Below, one piece after another: positions 12,301-25,300 of a stretch of DNA of 64,000 nucleotides; the first letter of the stretch is position 1, and every line of letters starts with the position of its first letter. The notes beneath the pieces were generated by a model that did not search any database, was not told where the DNA came from, and saw only the letters and a program-made list of their open reading frames with translations. The stretch comes from Marsupella aquatica. Its lineage: Eukaryota; Plantae; Marchantiophyta. The stretch spans positions 2,914,480 through 2,978,479 of the forward strand of contig OZ316898.1 of the NCBI GenBank assembly GCA_973895155.1, written 5' to 3'. The position numbers and the translations under genes were made by a program.

Positions 12301-15300
12301 AAGGACAAATGACTGTCACATTTCTCCACAAGAGAGAAATGGCAAGGATTCGTCGTCACCCCAGCCAAATAAAGAGACTAAATTTAACATCAGATATACA
12401 CATCAAGGAATGGCAGGTACCTGACAAGAATCAAGTCTTCGTCATTAACAGTGTGTGAAGACGAAACCACGTGATCCAGCAAAACATCTGACACCCAATG
12501 CATGTACAACAGATGAGCCCTATTTCATCATTCAAAACTGGTTTGTGCACATGAGATGATTTGGTCCTCAATCAAAATGTGCATTTGTAAACTCGTGAAT
12601 CATGAACTCCCAAATGAGAATGAAGCCAAGCTGGGCAAAGAAGCATATCGTCACTCACGGAGATTCTCACAAATCCGAACAGCTGTTTGCTCACGTGTCA
12701 GAAAATGCGAACTGTGGGACTTGAGTAGAGGCCCTGAAGCAAGGCAGCTTACGAACAGGAGCAAAAAACGATCCTTTTCGTCCACTGCGAAAAGAGCAAG
12801 TAAAATCAACGGCTGTTCTACCACATATGATCCCAAAAACCCTGCACCTTAACTTCCCAGAAAGGATCGAGGACATCCATGAGAACAAAAATCACTCCAC
12901 TGCCTATGAGGACACTTTCATTCTCGCAGCAAAATCTAATCAGCGTAAGAGCTTGCTCAAATCAGGAGGGCACAGAAACCATAATCAAGGTTTAATAGTT
13001 CTAGAATAATTAAATTCCACAACACCAAGTTGAGACAATGTATTCGGCTACCTGAACAAACTTCAGGATTGTAGCAGTAAAGATTGGCAAAAAGCTTCAC
13101 CAACAATGCAGAGCGTTCCCGTGCGTAATGATCAGGGGAAGTACTCTCTATGGAAAGCACACACCCGGTGTCCATCTCCTTGAGTACATGTACTGAAGAT
13201 CCAGGTCCACTAGATGCAGGTGCTGTAGCGCCCTTTGCTGACGCTAGCATTGCTGCACCAGCAGCCTGAAAGGGGTCATAGATTAATGTGGCATCCATCT
13301 CTCCTTTTGCCAAGTTCACAGCGATGTCACCTTCACACCATCGTGATGCAAACATACCTGGTGGTGCCGCAAGAACTGTCCCCAAAACAGGAGCCTGCCA
13401 AAGATTCCCAGTGAGAATAAGCATTTACTGGAATAAGTAAATTGGAAACAGAGCGGAAAGTAAAGAATGTTGAATGCAGCGCATAACATACAATGTTATC
13501 CATCACAATGTTCCGGAAATTGGAGTCATCTGAGAAGAGATCAGCTAATCGCATGGCGTTGATATGCAGAGAACCCATAGGATTCTGCTCTGCTTCCGTT
13601 GCTTCAATACGCCTTGGCTCTTCAAGTAGGGCACTTCTGACCAAAGTAAGGATCTACCTAGCAAGAAAATTCCATAAAAGAGGATCAAAATGTGATTAAA
13701 TTGAAAAACGTAACAGCAATTAAAGCAAGCCTTACGTGAAAACAAAGCAACCCGTGGCTAAGCTGGACACTTGGTTTATCGAATTTTCCGTATCTTTCTA
13801 AAGAAGGATCTCTCGATTGAGAGTCCTGTCGGACAACTATTTCCAGTATGAATTAAGCTTAACCGCAAACGGAGTGAAAAACATATTTCCAATCAGGGGA
13901 GTCTGAGAATATAAAAAATATCATTCTTCTGCTCTCCTCTTCATTCTGAAAATAGCATTCATTCATAAGATCTAAGTGTCTGGGAAACTGTTGGGGTACT
14001 TCGCTTGAAATTGTTAACATGAAGGGATGACAAACAATTCCAGACCAACTTGAATCAGTCTAAGAAACTTGGAAATCCAACAATCTAAACTAGTCACCGT
14101 ACTAATTCCAAAGTCAGTTTAGTCTTCCAACAAGTACGGTGACTAATTTTTTTCATCCACAATGCATGCATTCAACCCCAATACCCGTCGATATTTTCAT
14201 ATCACGACCTAGATGCCGCAGGTGTACATATGCTGGAAATTTACTGATTTTGAACTCACCTCACCCGTAACGAGTTCAGCAAGCTGCATGCTCCGCGCAT
14301 CGGCTGCTACTTCATCCAAGAAAGATACTGACTCGGTCTCGCAAAACTTCAACAACTGGTTCCACATATAACAACGATTATGAGCATTATGTCATTACCA
14401 TTTACCAAAATTCCAACTAAAAACATTGCGATGCATATTTTTGATCTAGACTGTGCCTTTATCGTAAAATAGTCGGGAATCTCCAAAATGATAGGAAAGG
14501 ATATGCCCGGACTATAGGTCATGTAAATTTGTTGCAGTGGCTCACCATAGACAGTGATTTCGACTTCAGTCTAGAAATGAACGCAACAAGAGATCTTGAC
14601 TGCTGCAAAGAACTGGGCATTTGGAGCTTCAAAACTGCTAGTGTCAATCGTAGGACACCTCCTCTTCTGCAAAGCTCCTGAAATACCGTAACAGTCACGT
14701 AAGGGCACTTGTGTGGAAGACGGGCTAACTTCGAAATTGTTATACGAATGTGTCTAGAAAACTCAATAGCAGACACCTTTCATCCTAATTGCATCCTCAT
14801 TTCAAGGGGATATGCCGGGCAGGAACCAAACGAGACAGGGTATCTGTAGTATGCCTAACAGTCAGGGGAAGATGCACGTCACATGTAGTTACCATCTCTA
14901 CCAGATAAGACTCAAAGTAGAAAAGACATCCCAGACCCAGGTGTAAAGAAAGCAAGATATACTTACCGTATGATGAAGGAGTTGATCCCTGAAGGCCTGT
15001 GTTTGACATAGACTTTGAAGCACCTGAAGAGATGCTTCACATTGTTGTGCTGTAGCCGCACCAACCCGTTCTGCAGCAGGCAGAGTTGCTTTCTTACTTG
15101 CCAGCTTTATGTGCAAAGTTCGCAATTTACTTTGCAAAAGCCCAATGTCTCGCCTTACCACATCAAATGCTGCGTCCATAAATATTTCTACCTGTCATGC
15201 AGAGCATAACTCTCTCTGCATTAGACGACCATTTTGAATTTCATATCTATAGTGGGCACCTTGACTATCTAAGCTCATGACAGGTTCGAGCCCCAAGAAA

Positions 15301-17223
15301 TTGGTTTCATACATATTGATCATAAGGACACCTACATAGGTCCAAGGAAATTATGATGAACTATGCAGAAACTGACATATATAGAAGGAGAACTGACACC
15401 CCAGTCCTCAAATCTGACCAACAGACTAGCCAGGCACTCCGAGGAGACTACGAAGCTAAAGTTAAGCAAGGTAACCACGGATACCTTTGGATGTGCCAAC
15501 AGTACTGGGACAACATCGTGCCATTCCCTCGTCACAAATGCAGTGAGCAGGTAGAGGCAACAGGCCACTAGTGCCGCATGCAGTAGTGCTATGAAACTTC
15601 CAGCCCGAGGCTCCTGCTAACAAGCCCAACATGAAAGCATCGCATCAGCATTATAAGTCAAACTTCGATAGTTCTCCTGGAGGACTCTCTTGGTTCAGTA
15701 CTATCTCAGCTTTTCTTTCTTTCAAATGTGTACAATCAAGTCCGCATAAGGGATTTTCTAAGTATCGCCTGGACAGCGGGGAACTGATTGGAACGATAAG
15801 GAAGCTAGACGAGATAACAGTAAATAAATGTCTGAAGTTACGTAGGCTTGGAAAGGCAAAAACAAATTCAACCTCAGTATCAATCAGGTTACCTTTTACG
15901 TATAGACGACCGTGCAAAACCCAACAATATCGGGACAGGACCTCTGGAGTTCTAAGACCGTGACCTAATTAGATACCATACAGTAATTAACGATGCGTAC
16001 CTGCTCTACGCTGGCCAAAACAATAAGCATATATATCACGAAGTCCAGAACCTGCTCCCGTAGTTTCACTTCGTGAAGAAGTAGCTGCAACCGCAACGCA
16101 ATATAGGTGAGTAACCGGATGCCTATAAACCACCCCAGCTAATTTTCTCATCAAGAATAATGATCCGTCAGAAAATCCACTGCCAAGATCGTCGGATGCG
16201 CAGAGACTCGAATCTTAGCATTTAAACATTGTGTAAGAGATATTTCATGATGGACTTGATCGTTCAAGATAGTAAGACTATCGATTAGTGAACAGTCGCA
16301 ACTGTTGTAACTATGTGTACTCGTTCAGCATTGTTTAGCAGAAGGTCTATCTGCCAATTTACAGTCGCTCGAAAAAAATTGAATTTGAAAGACATGAAAC
16401 GCTTACTGGAAAACTCGAGACTATTACTGGATTGAAAAAATACATTGAATAGAAACATGTCTTGTCCAATGATACTCATAATGCTCAACCAAGTCTTGGT
16501 CGGTAATTGCATGACGTAACATATATTCGTCTTTTTCAACATCCAAATAAGTGCGAAATTAGCTTTTAGCTAGAGCATGAAAGCACCTTCAAATTTAAAA
16601 ATTCCGATTTGAACATTGAGTAGGGCAGACGAGAATGACGACTACTACGGAGAAAATAATTAGACCGAAATTGGAGGAACGAACCTGCTCGAGTTTAGGG
16701 TAACGAAGTGCCAAATCGCTAAGAGAGTGCAGAAGGCGAACGCCACGCAGCAGGTATCGAAATCGTGGCTCGGGACCAGTCGACACCACGAAAGCTAGCA
16801 AATGCAGGGGCAGGCTGGTTGCGAGCCTCTGTACATCAACCTGCAGAAAGTCGGAGAGAAAACAGAGTGTCATGATATGTCAAGGAGTGTATATTGCACT
16901 TCCACTCAGCCCATATTACAGCTTCCAATAATACTGCACGATGGTCTAGCCAGGAACAATTGAGTCGGACAAAATTCAAAAAATAAACCCCGCCCCAGGA
17001 AGGAGAGAAAGAGCAGGAGCTTAACAGTCGAAAAAATAAGAGCACCTGCAATGCTCATCCTCTCCGTCACTCACTAACTCACCCGCATGGACGAGCCTTT
17101 AGTCGTGCTGAACCGGAAGGTGAAGCTATGCGGATCCTTCAAAAGTTTGCTCATATCTCGCGCACTCAAACCGTGCAATTCGTCCACTGCCATGGACATA
17201 TCCAGCTGCAGCGATCCCATCAT
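9363..17223 (-). CDS. NDX: Nodulin homeobox (NDX) transcription factor, ~16 coding exons
   Basis: Exons give MMGSLQLDMSMAVDELHGLSARDMSKLLKD... / VDVQRLATSLPLHLL...RYLLRGVRLLHSLSDLA / LLLHEVKLREQVLD / ...VLLAHPK / VEIFMDAAFDVV / ...LADLFSDDSNFRN / ...LVKLFANLYCYNPEVC. They also give the atypical NDX homeodomain KRKRNIMNEHQIRTIEDAL...WTSHL / GPEIAVHQLKNW / LNNRKARLAR and a C-terminal domain ending IKVAWNMDKLEASWP*. All checked introns are GT-AG. Confidence 0.93.
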
Positions 17224-17342
17224 GACCAGCCTTTCCTTCTCCCTTCACCGACCTGACTGACCAGCAGCAAGAAAGCGAACCCGCGCCTTCCCCGCGTCTA
17301 CTCTATCCCCGAGCTCGTCCACAACGCAACACCACCAAAAAA

Positions 17343-17377
17343 AACAACGGCAACAACAACAACAACAGCAGCAGCAG
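17343..17377. repeat. (CAA)n(CAG)n microsatellite in the NDX 5' leader
   Basis: AACAACGGCAACAACAACAACAACAGCAGCAGCAG. Confidence 0.8.
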
Positions 17378-17867
17378 TCACCGCGATTGATGCGTAGTTA
17401 CGTGCTCCTTCCACCATGCAAAAATCTGCCCTCTACCACCGACCCTCGTCAGTGCCGCGCCTTTCATCGCTCCACACAATTCGAACTCCATCAGAATCGA
17501 CAACATTTCGATTACAGCTTCTTCACCTCTAATTAAACTGGCTCCACCTCCCGCATACCGCAATCCTTTCGCTTCCCCCGACCCTGACTAACACAACAAT
17601 GCCGACACCACGGACCTCCGAATCCGTCGAACCAAAAAGGGCGAAACACCAAAGGAAAGGCAAGCGAGCGAAGCCCTGCGGTCGTTCGCGTTCGTCCGTC
17701 GTCGAGTCTCCGTCGTGTGTTTAATTTTGAGCGGCGCGGTCTGGTCTGCCAAATGCGAATCGAAAGCTCACACGACGGCCGTAAAATACGGAGAGTCTGT
17801 TCTAATCCTTCGCATTTTTCACGACGAGCTGCTTTGTATTCCTTCTCAGGTTTTCCGCTCTAAAGTT

Positions 17868-18330
17868 GGACCCTAAAATTTTAACAGCTCCTGCCGTAAA
17901 CCATTTTTCAACTTCTACTGTAAGTACTTTGCCACTAAAATGTTCTGCTTGCCAACACTGCCGTCTTTTGGTATTTACAAAAATGGCACAGTAGAGTATA
18001 TGGATGACAATTCACCAAGGTTATATTAAAAGAGTGTCATATTTATAAGTACAAATAAAACAGTGATAATATTCTAAATTTAAATATTTTTCTGTCCTAG
18101 AGTGGGACCCTAAAATTTTAACACTCCTGCCATAAACATTTTTCAACTTTTAAGTAATTTGCTACTAAAATATTCTAATTGACAATACTGCCACCATTTT
18201 TATTTTTTTTACAAAAATACAAAAGTTTCTTATATGGATGACAATGTCACCAAGATTATATATAAAAAGAGTGGCATATTTATAAATACAAATAAAACAG
18301 GGACAGTATTCGAAATTCAAACATTTTCGT
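17868..18330. repeat. Imperfect ~237-bp tandem duplication upstream of NDX
   Basis: GGACCCTAAAATTTTAACA(G)CTCCTGCC.TAAAC...TATATGGATGACAAT...AAAAGAGTG.CATATTTATAA.TACAAATAAAACAG at ~17868 and ~18105. Confidence 0.85.
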
Positions 18331-18364
18331 GGCAAAGTACTTAAAACCTGAAACCCATTTTCTT

Positions 18365-18935
18365 GGTCACTTGTGCCATAAACTTGAATGATGAACATTG
18401 TTAAAAACAAGGTCTATGATAAACAGCCCTTCGATCACGATAATAGTGAACCTATTGTCTCATCTATGTTTTGTACCATCTCTTCCCCACTTGAAAATTT
18501 TACAACTTGTGCCATAAATTAACCTTTGTTGCTGTCAAACCTTTTCCTTACTTTTGTAATAAACTAGGTCTATGATAAAGTGCCAAAGGTCATAGTGTTT
18601 TCTACCATCTCTTCTGCAGTTTAATTTTAACAACTTGTGCCATAAACCTTCTTTTTTCCTGTCAAAACTTTTTCATAATCATGCCATATGCTGGTGCCAT
18701 AAATAACATTGTTATAACAGAGGTCTATAATAAAGAGCCCTTTGGTCACAAGAATGCTAAACATGTTGTCTTCTCTATGTTTTCTACTGTCTCTTCCCCA
18801 TTCAGAATTTTAACAACTTGTGCCGTAAACCTCTCTTAGTCTCTTTATCCTTTTTCTGAAATGTGCCCTAAACATTGTTAGAAACTGTGCCATATCTGAA
18901 CATTGTTAGACACAAGGTCCATGATAAAGAGCTAT
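18365..18935. repeat. AT-rich degenerate repeat array (ACTTGTGCCATAAA / GGTCTATGATAAA motifs)
   Basis: (A)CTTGTGCC(A/G)TAAA at ~18370, 18505, 18633 and 18816; GGTC(T/C)AT(G/A)ATAAA at ~18411, 18567, 18722 and 18916. Probably non-autonomous TE-derived. Confidence 0.7.
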
Positions 18936-19079
18936 TTAATCACAAGCTGTTCTCTTCCCAAAATCTTGGATGGTTTCATAGGTTAGTGTCAGTGGCACTT
19001 TAGTGTGGTAACAATTAACATAAAAACATGTATGAACCAGGGGGCCTTTTATACTGCAATTAGCCCATGCGTTGCACGA

Positions 19080-19470
19080 AAGATTTGAGGGGAGAGCAAG
19101 ATGTCGAGGAGAGGCAAAGATGTTGAGACGAGAACAAGATGTCAAGGAGAGGGCAAGATTTTGAGACGAGGCAAAGATGTTGAAGTGAGAAAAAGATAGG
19201 GAGGTGAGAGAAAGATGTCGCGGCAACTGAGGGCAAGATGTCAAAGAGAGGCAAAGATAAGGAGGTGAGGTAAAGATGTTGAGGTGAAAAAAGATGTCGA
19301 TAAGAGAAAGTGATGGAAAAGAAGTCAAGGTGAGAAAAGGAAGTCGAGGACAGAAAAGATGACAAAATGAGAAAAAGATGTAAAGATGAGGAAAAGATGT
19401 TGAGGGTGACAAAAAGACATTGTAAAGATGAGAAAAAGATGTCTAGGTGAGCCAATGGTAAGATGTCCCT
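19080..19470. repeat. Purine-rich low-complexity AAGATGT(C/T)GAG array (~18-19-bp degenerate period); second block at ~20420-20575
   Basis: More than 10 AAGATGT/AAAGAT motifs; the antisense S/L/F-rich ORFs in the track are a by-product of this. Confidence 0.75.
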
Positions 19471-21101
19471 TGAAGAATCACTTAGGCTAAAGAGTCTATA
19501 CCCATGCGAACACTTACATGTTACAAACCCCTTATTAGTTTTCAAATGACAAATTTAAAAGACCCTTGAAAATTTTAAGAAATAAATTTCCATACATTAA
19601 AAAAAATGTCAAGTCATTTATAAGTACTTTTGAGACTCATTAAAGAAAACCCTTTGTTTCTTTATAAAAAACACCGCTTATAAAGTACTAAGGCATGATC
19701 AAATGCACATGTATAGTGTTTGCACTTGTGGCTATGGAGTATCCATTTGACATACCTCAGGCACATTCCATTACATCCATGATCAAGTGCACATGATGGT
19801 GTCTATACTAGCCAGGCCCTACAACTACTATTGCACCTTTTCAATGTATGGACTACTATTATGCCCTACATTGCACTACAAAGAGAATTACCAGGTGCAC
19901 ATGATGTGATCATCTGCTATATAGGTTCTATGGACTAATCATGGGAGGTTCTAACTACTATGTACATTACAAAGACAATCAAGTGCATATGTGATGCACT
20001 TGTCTTATAGACTAGTGACAGTCCTTAAACTACATTACAAAGTCAATCAGTTGCAAATCATGTTCAACTATTACACCAAATATTGTGTTGTTGCACATGT
20101 TGCAAAAAAATATGACAATATATTAGAGATGAGCTTACACATTCACAAAAAATACATTGAATATAGAAGAAATTGAGACAAGTCACTTTAGTATGAGGTG
20201 CAATTTCATTCTAACTTCATACACCATTCAAATTTCTTGGTTATTGTAATATATCTATTAGGACAGCTCATCAGTTTCGGAACCAGCAGCACGTCGCCTC
20301 GACAACCAAGCTCCCCTCATCCTCCCCCGCTCACTCATATGATTGTCCTTTGTTTGCAGCAATCTTGTCTCTTGCCATACCTTCCCGCATACCTTGCAAT
20401 CATGGAGTTTGCAAAGCTTGGAAAAATGTCAAACAGATTCGGGAAGATGTCGAGTTGAGGAAAAGACGTCAAGGAGAGAAAATATGTCAAAGCTGAGCAA
20501 AAATGTCCGGGTTAGATAAAGATGTCAATGCGAAAGAAAATGGTGAGATGAGAGAAAGATGTCAAGGTAAGGTAGAGTTGTTGTGGTGGTGTTTAATAAC
20601 CTGTGTGTTGCACATAGGAATTGGAGGCGCGAGATAGCGACCACCGCATCTATTCAACCCATGTTTATTCTTTTACCCAAATTTTTCTTGGCTCATTATT
20701 TCCCCCCTCGTCCATTCTCTCCCTTGCTTTCCCCTCTTGCCCTCCTAGTGCATCATCCTTCCTCCTCCCCTTTTTCTTCCCTTTAACACCATTAGAAAGA
20801 TTAAAGAAGGAGCTGAAAATGAGGAGAAAATACAATCAACCTCCAAAAATTAAATCTCCTTTTTAAGAGCAAAAGCCAAAATATTTAATGTAAATCTATT
20901 CTACTTCCCTTTAGTGCTTGCTCCCCGCAAAAAAACCATTATCTCAAGTCAATGTATTTTTACTTGAATGCTCCACGCCAAAATGTATCTCTAAATAGAC
21001 CATGAAATAATCTACTTCCATTTCAATGCTCCATGCCAAAAAGTACTATAAGCAAGCTATAAAATAATTAAAGTTGCACAGTCAGGTATTCTATGACAGA
21101 G

Positions 21102-21164
21102 TATATCTACCTTGTATTATAACTTAGAACCAAATATCTACCTTGTATTATAACTTAGAACCAA
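21102..21164. repeat. Perfect 31-bp tandem duplication
   Basis: ATATCTACCTTGTATTATAACTTAGAACCAA x2. Confidence 0.9.
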
Positions 21165-22318
21165 TCTTAGGTACCCATTTCACTCAATCCAAGAAACTTA
21201 AATAATTCTAGAAAATATCTTAATATTGAACATTGTTTCCTTTTTTTTCACTTTTGTAACAGGACTATGGACAAAAACTGGCGGGATTCGTTATTATAGT
21301 AATATATGTTTCCGTTCAGAAAATGGTGAAGGGTGATTTGAAGATAATAGGTTTTGTGTTGCAGACACTTATAATAGGGTACAAATCAATATAAAAATGC
21401 ATGAATCAGGAGGCTTTTTATATACGTAAAAGCCAATTGCACTCCTTGTCCATGAGTAATGTCCCCTTTCAAAAAATGGTGAAGATTGATTTAAAGACAT
21501 TTTCCCAGATTGGTGAACAAATAATAATAATATATATACATATATCATCCCAAATTTGTGAAAAAATAATAATATAAATACAATATGTGGTCCCATATTT
21601 GTGAGTTAAACCCTAAACCTTATGCAGAACAAATTTTACTATAAATGCACCACCAGTCTACTATTAAGGGCCTAGGTCTAGAGTGAAGACTCTCGACCAT
21701 AACTCCCACTAGAGACAAAACTTATAAGGAGGTTCAATAAGGTCAAAATTTTAAATGAGTATCTACAAAAGTGACATTAAATCTAAAAATACAAATCTAC
21801 AATGAGTATGGACAACGATGGGTGTAAACACTAACCAAAATAGCATATAAATTTATTGAGAAAAATTTGTCTTAGTATCTATTTACATTCAAGTAAATGG
21901 TCATGGGGCTACCGTAGTTGGGTTGTAAAGCGAAACACAGTGTAATAACAGAATTGATGGAGAATGTATTTCTCTACCCACAAAGAACGACGAATTGACT
22001 CCAAACTCTCAGCCCCTCCACCTCAATCCAAACACATTGTCGCCCATCCTAAAGCATCCTCAGTCCCTTGAAACATTGTACATTCAGAAGCGCTCGATCG
22101 CCTCTCTGAACGTTTCACAATCCCCTGCGAATACACATTGAGCTGATAAATCCATCGTGCTCCCCTTTCGCTCTCGGTGAAGTCTTGAGCTATGACTCGG
22201 AAATGGACTAGGAAGTGTTTCGACTTTGCTTTCCCCATGGCCACTTTGGGATCCTGTGGACTATGAAAAATCCAGCCATTCTGTCAATCTCTCTCGCCCC
22301 CTCTGTGTGCGGAGAAGG

Positions 22319-25300
22319 ATGGCAGTAGCTGGGCTATCAACCGGCTTGCCTCCTTCGGCATCAATGGCAACAACCTATCAAGCATTGGTTCTGGCTCGCA
22401 GGGTGTACGCTTCGTCTTCGTCTTCGTCTTCTTCTTCTTCTCTCTTTGCTGGGACTTGGCGGGCGTTGGCGACATCTAGTCATCATACCGCAGCAGCAGC
22501 AGGCCGTGGGGATTCGTCACTCGACAGAGCTCCTGCCTTGGCTGCTCCTGGAATTTCCACTTCCGCAATTCGACGCCGTGGGACAGTACCAGCAGTAAGG
22601 GATGGCGACTATGTGAACGAGAAGGAGATGCTGGTTTTGGGAATTGAGACAAGCTGTGACGACACCGGTGCTGCAGTGGTACAATCACCCTCCTTTCTCC
22701 TATATTCCGGTCCATGGTCGATACGAAAATTATGGCAATTCCACCGGTGGAGAGCTAAAGGCTGTGTAAAATGCTGTTTGGCAACGAGTTCTCCATCCGC
22801 GCGCTCCATCTAGGAGGCCAAACACTGAGTCATTGACTAGGTGAATCAAATGTAGGGTTGTTGAGGAGGTCAATCGACTAGTCGTACGTTGTCTGGTAGA
22901 GAAGTCGAATGACCGCCTGTAGAATATGCGCAAGGTTTGTATCCAGGATGATAGCTCATCCAAGAAAAGTAGAAGAAGAGAGAAAAAGGCGAGATATGTC
23001 TCCGACCCTTCATCGGTGAAGGTGGCCTTATCGTTGAATTCGCTCAGAGTCTGCTTAACCTGAATTTCTTGTCATTTTCTGATAGGCGCATTGGTTCAAT
23101 ATCAGAACAGCGCCTCTCTTCGTGTCTCAAATGCAATCTATTTCTAATGCAGACAGGGGTGGCGTGCGATCTGCTCAATTCGGTTTATATTTAGATTCCT
23201 GTTTTCTCAATAGCCAGCAGATATGTGTTCAAGGTATGTGATGATTATTTTCTTTCTTCCTGGCAACAGGTTTCAGCAGACGGGAGAATTCTCGGCGAAG
23301 CCATTGCTTCACAGGTAAGAAAGCTCTTCAGTTTTGGCAGACGTGGCAACCTATGAATATCTAATAAAGTTTCTTGGAGGTCATTTCAGGTCCTTCCTTA
23401 GTTCTCTGGAGTGTCACGGTTTGCTCCGTATGCCTTCCGAGTATATCGCTACCGTTCCGGATTCTAATTTAGAGATTTATGAGAATCGAGGATGAGAGTG
23501 GGTTCCCATCTTAGCTCCTTGCTCTCCGGAGCATCTCTGTCTTTCCGTTTGGCTTCTGACTATATGAATGCAGCTCTAGATTCCAAGATAGAGAATTGTG
23601 TTTGGATATGGAGCTGACGCGTTTCTGGTTGTAATTGTGGTAAGGCAGGCAGAATTGCTAGCTCGATGGGGCGGTGTGGTACCTAAGCTTGCACAGGAAG
23701 AGCACGAAAAGTTCATCGACAAGGTTTGAGAATGACTTGGATTATTTCCTGCAAGAAAGACAGCTTTGAATCACCGTTGACTTATGCACCTGGTTCTAAT
23801 CACCTTCTTCTAACTTGTCATCGCTTTGAAACAATAAGCAGGTAGTTGCAGACGCCCTGCAGAATGCAAGAGTACAGGAGGCTGACCTGTCGGCGGTTGC
23901 TGTGACTATTGGGCCTGGATTGGGCCTTTGTCTTCGTGGTAAGACATTAGAGGCCCACTGGCACATGTTTAGTAGTTTTGTATCTTCAACCCTCCTTCGA
24001 ATCACACCTGTTAGTTTCTTTGAACAGAAGAGCGCGCAGAGAAGTCATCTACTTGAAAAGAAATAGATGCAGCCATACTGGTGCTACTGTGGAGTAGTTG
24101 TTGTCAAAAGGAAGGAAGGTCTACCCAGAACTCTAATGATTTTGAAAATCTTAAATTGAGTGTGTTTTGCTCTGCGTTGGAGTATCCTACGGAACTTTTC
24201 AGATGACTGACCGTGAGAGATTGCCTGCAGTTGGTGTCAGGAAGGCACGGACGATAGCTCGCATACATCAGCTGCCTTTGGTCGGTGTTCATCACATGGA
24301 AGCACACGCTTTGGTTGTAAGGTGTGGCTTTGGCATTGAAAATATTGCATAACGATTAAGATAATATATTGAGTAATATACTATTCTGGATCCCTTGCTT
24401 GGAGTTTAAAGATGTGTCACGAACCACACTCTTTTCGGATATTGCGTAGATATTGTGGAGGAGATTAGCTAGACGAGGAGACACGTGCTGGGCAATTACG
24501 GTAACTAGTGTACAGAAACCTTGAACGAGCGTCATTTCCAAATCTTCTCGAGAAATTTAACTCTAAACATGGGTCTCGAGTGTTTAAAGAGTTAAATTTC
24601 TGGCGATTGTTTCTTGCATATGTAACTGAACCCTAAACCCTTGTGAGCGAAATAAGTAATGAGGGACATTTCCCTGACTTCCTTTCTTTTGAACAGGGCA
24701 CTTGCAGCTCACACCTAACAAGATTAGTAATGGATATTGTCTCTTTTGGTAGATTGACTGATGGCATCTAAAGTTTGTGAAGTCTTTGCACGAACCTATC
24801 TGAATGATGGGTTGTCACCGGTTTTCTTGCGTGTAGGATAACAGAGAAGGCTGTTCAGTTCCCTTTTGTGGTTCTTCTCATCTCTGGTATTCGTTCTGTT
24901 TCTTCCTCGCGTTGTGTATCAATAATTGATCGTATTGCCTTTCAAAAGATATGATCCTTGTGTCCATTTGATACCACCGCTTCTACTGAGTTATTTTTGC
25001 AATATGGTCTGAATAAGCTTTTGTTCATTGTTGTCTCATGGGAAATGTTAGGCCTGATGCCTTGTAGCATGAAATGCAGGACAAATTGCAGTCTAAGAAT
25101 TGTGTGATTTATTACGAAACGAACTGCTGTTAAAGATCACGATATTGGAATACGATTCAGCTGGTTGAGGATAAGTGACCAAAGGTTTTGCGTGACTTGT
25201 AATCTCAGGAGGGCATAATCTCCTGTTGTTAGCTAAAAATGTTGGGGATTATGTACAACTGGGCACAACCATAGATGATGCCATCGGAGAGGTAATATTG

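Noticed and set aside
18936-19545. Two ~160-aa hydrophobic minus-strand ORFs
   Set aside because: By-product of the purine-rich AAGATGT low-complexity array.
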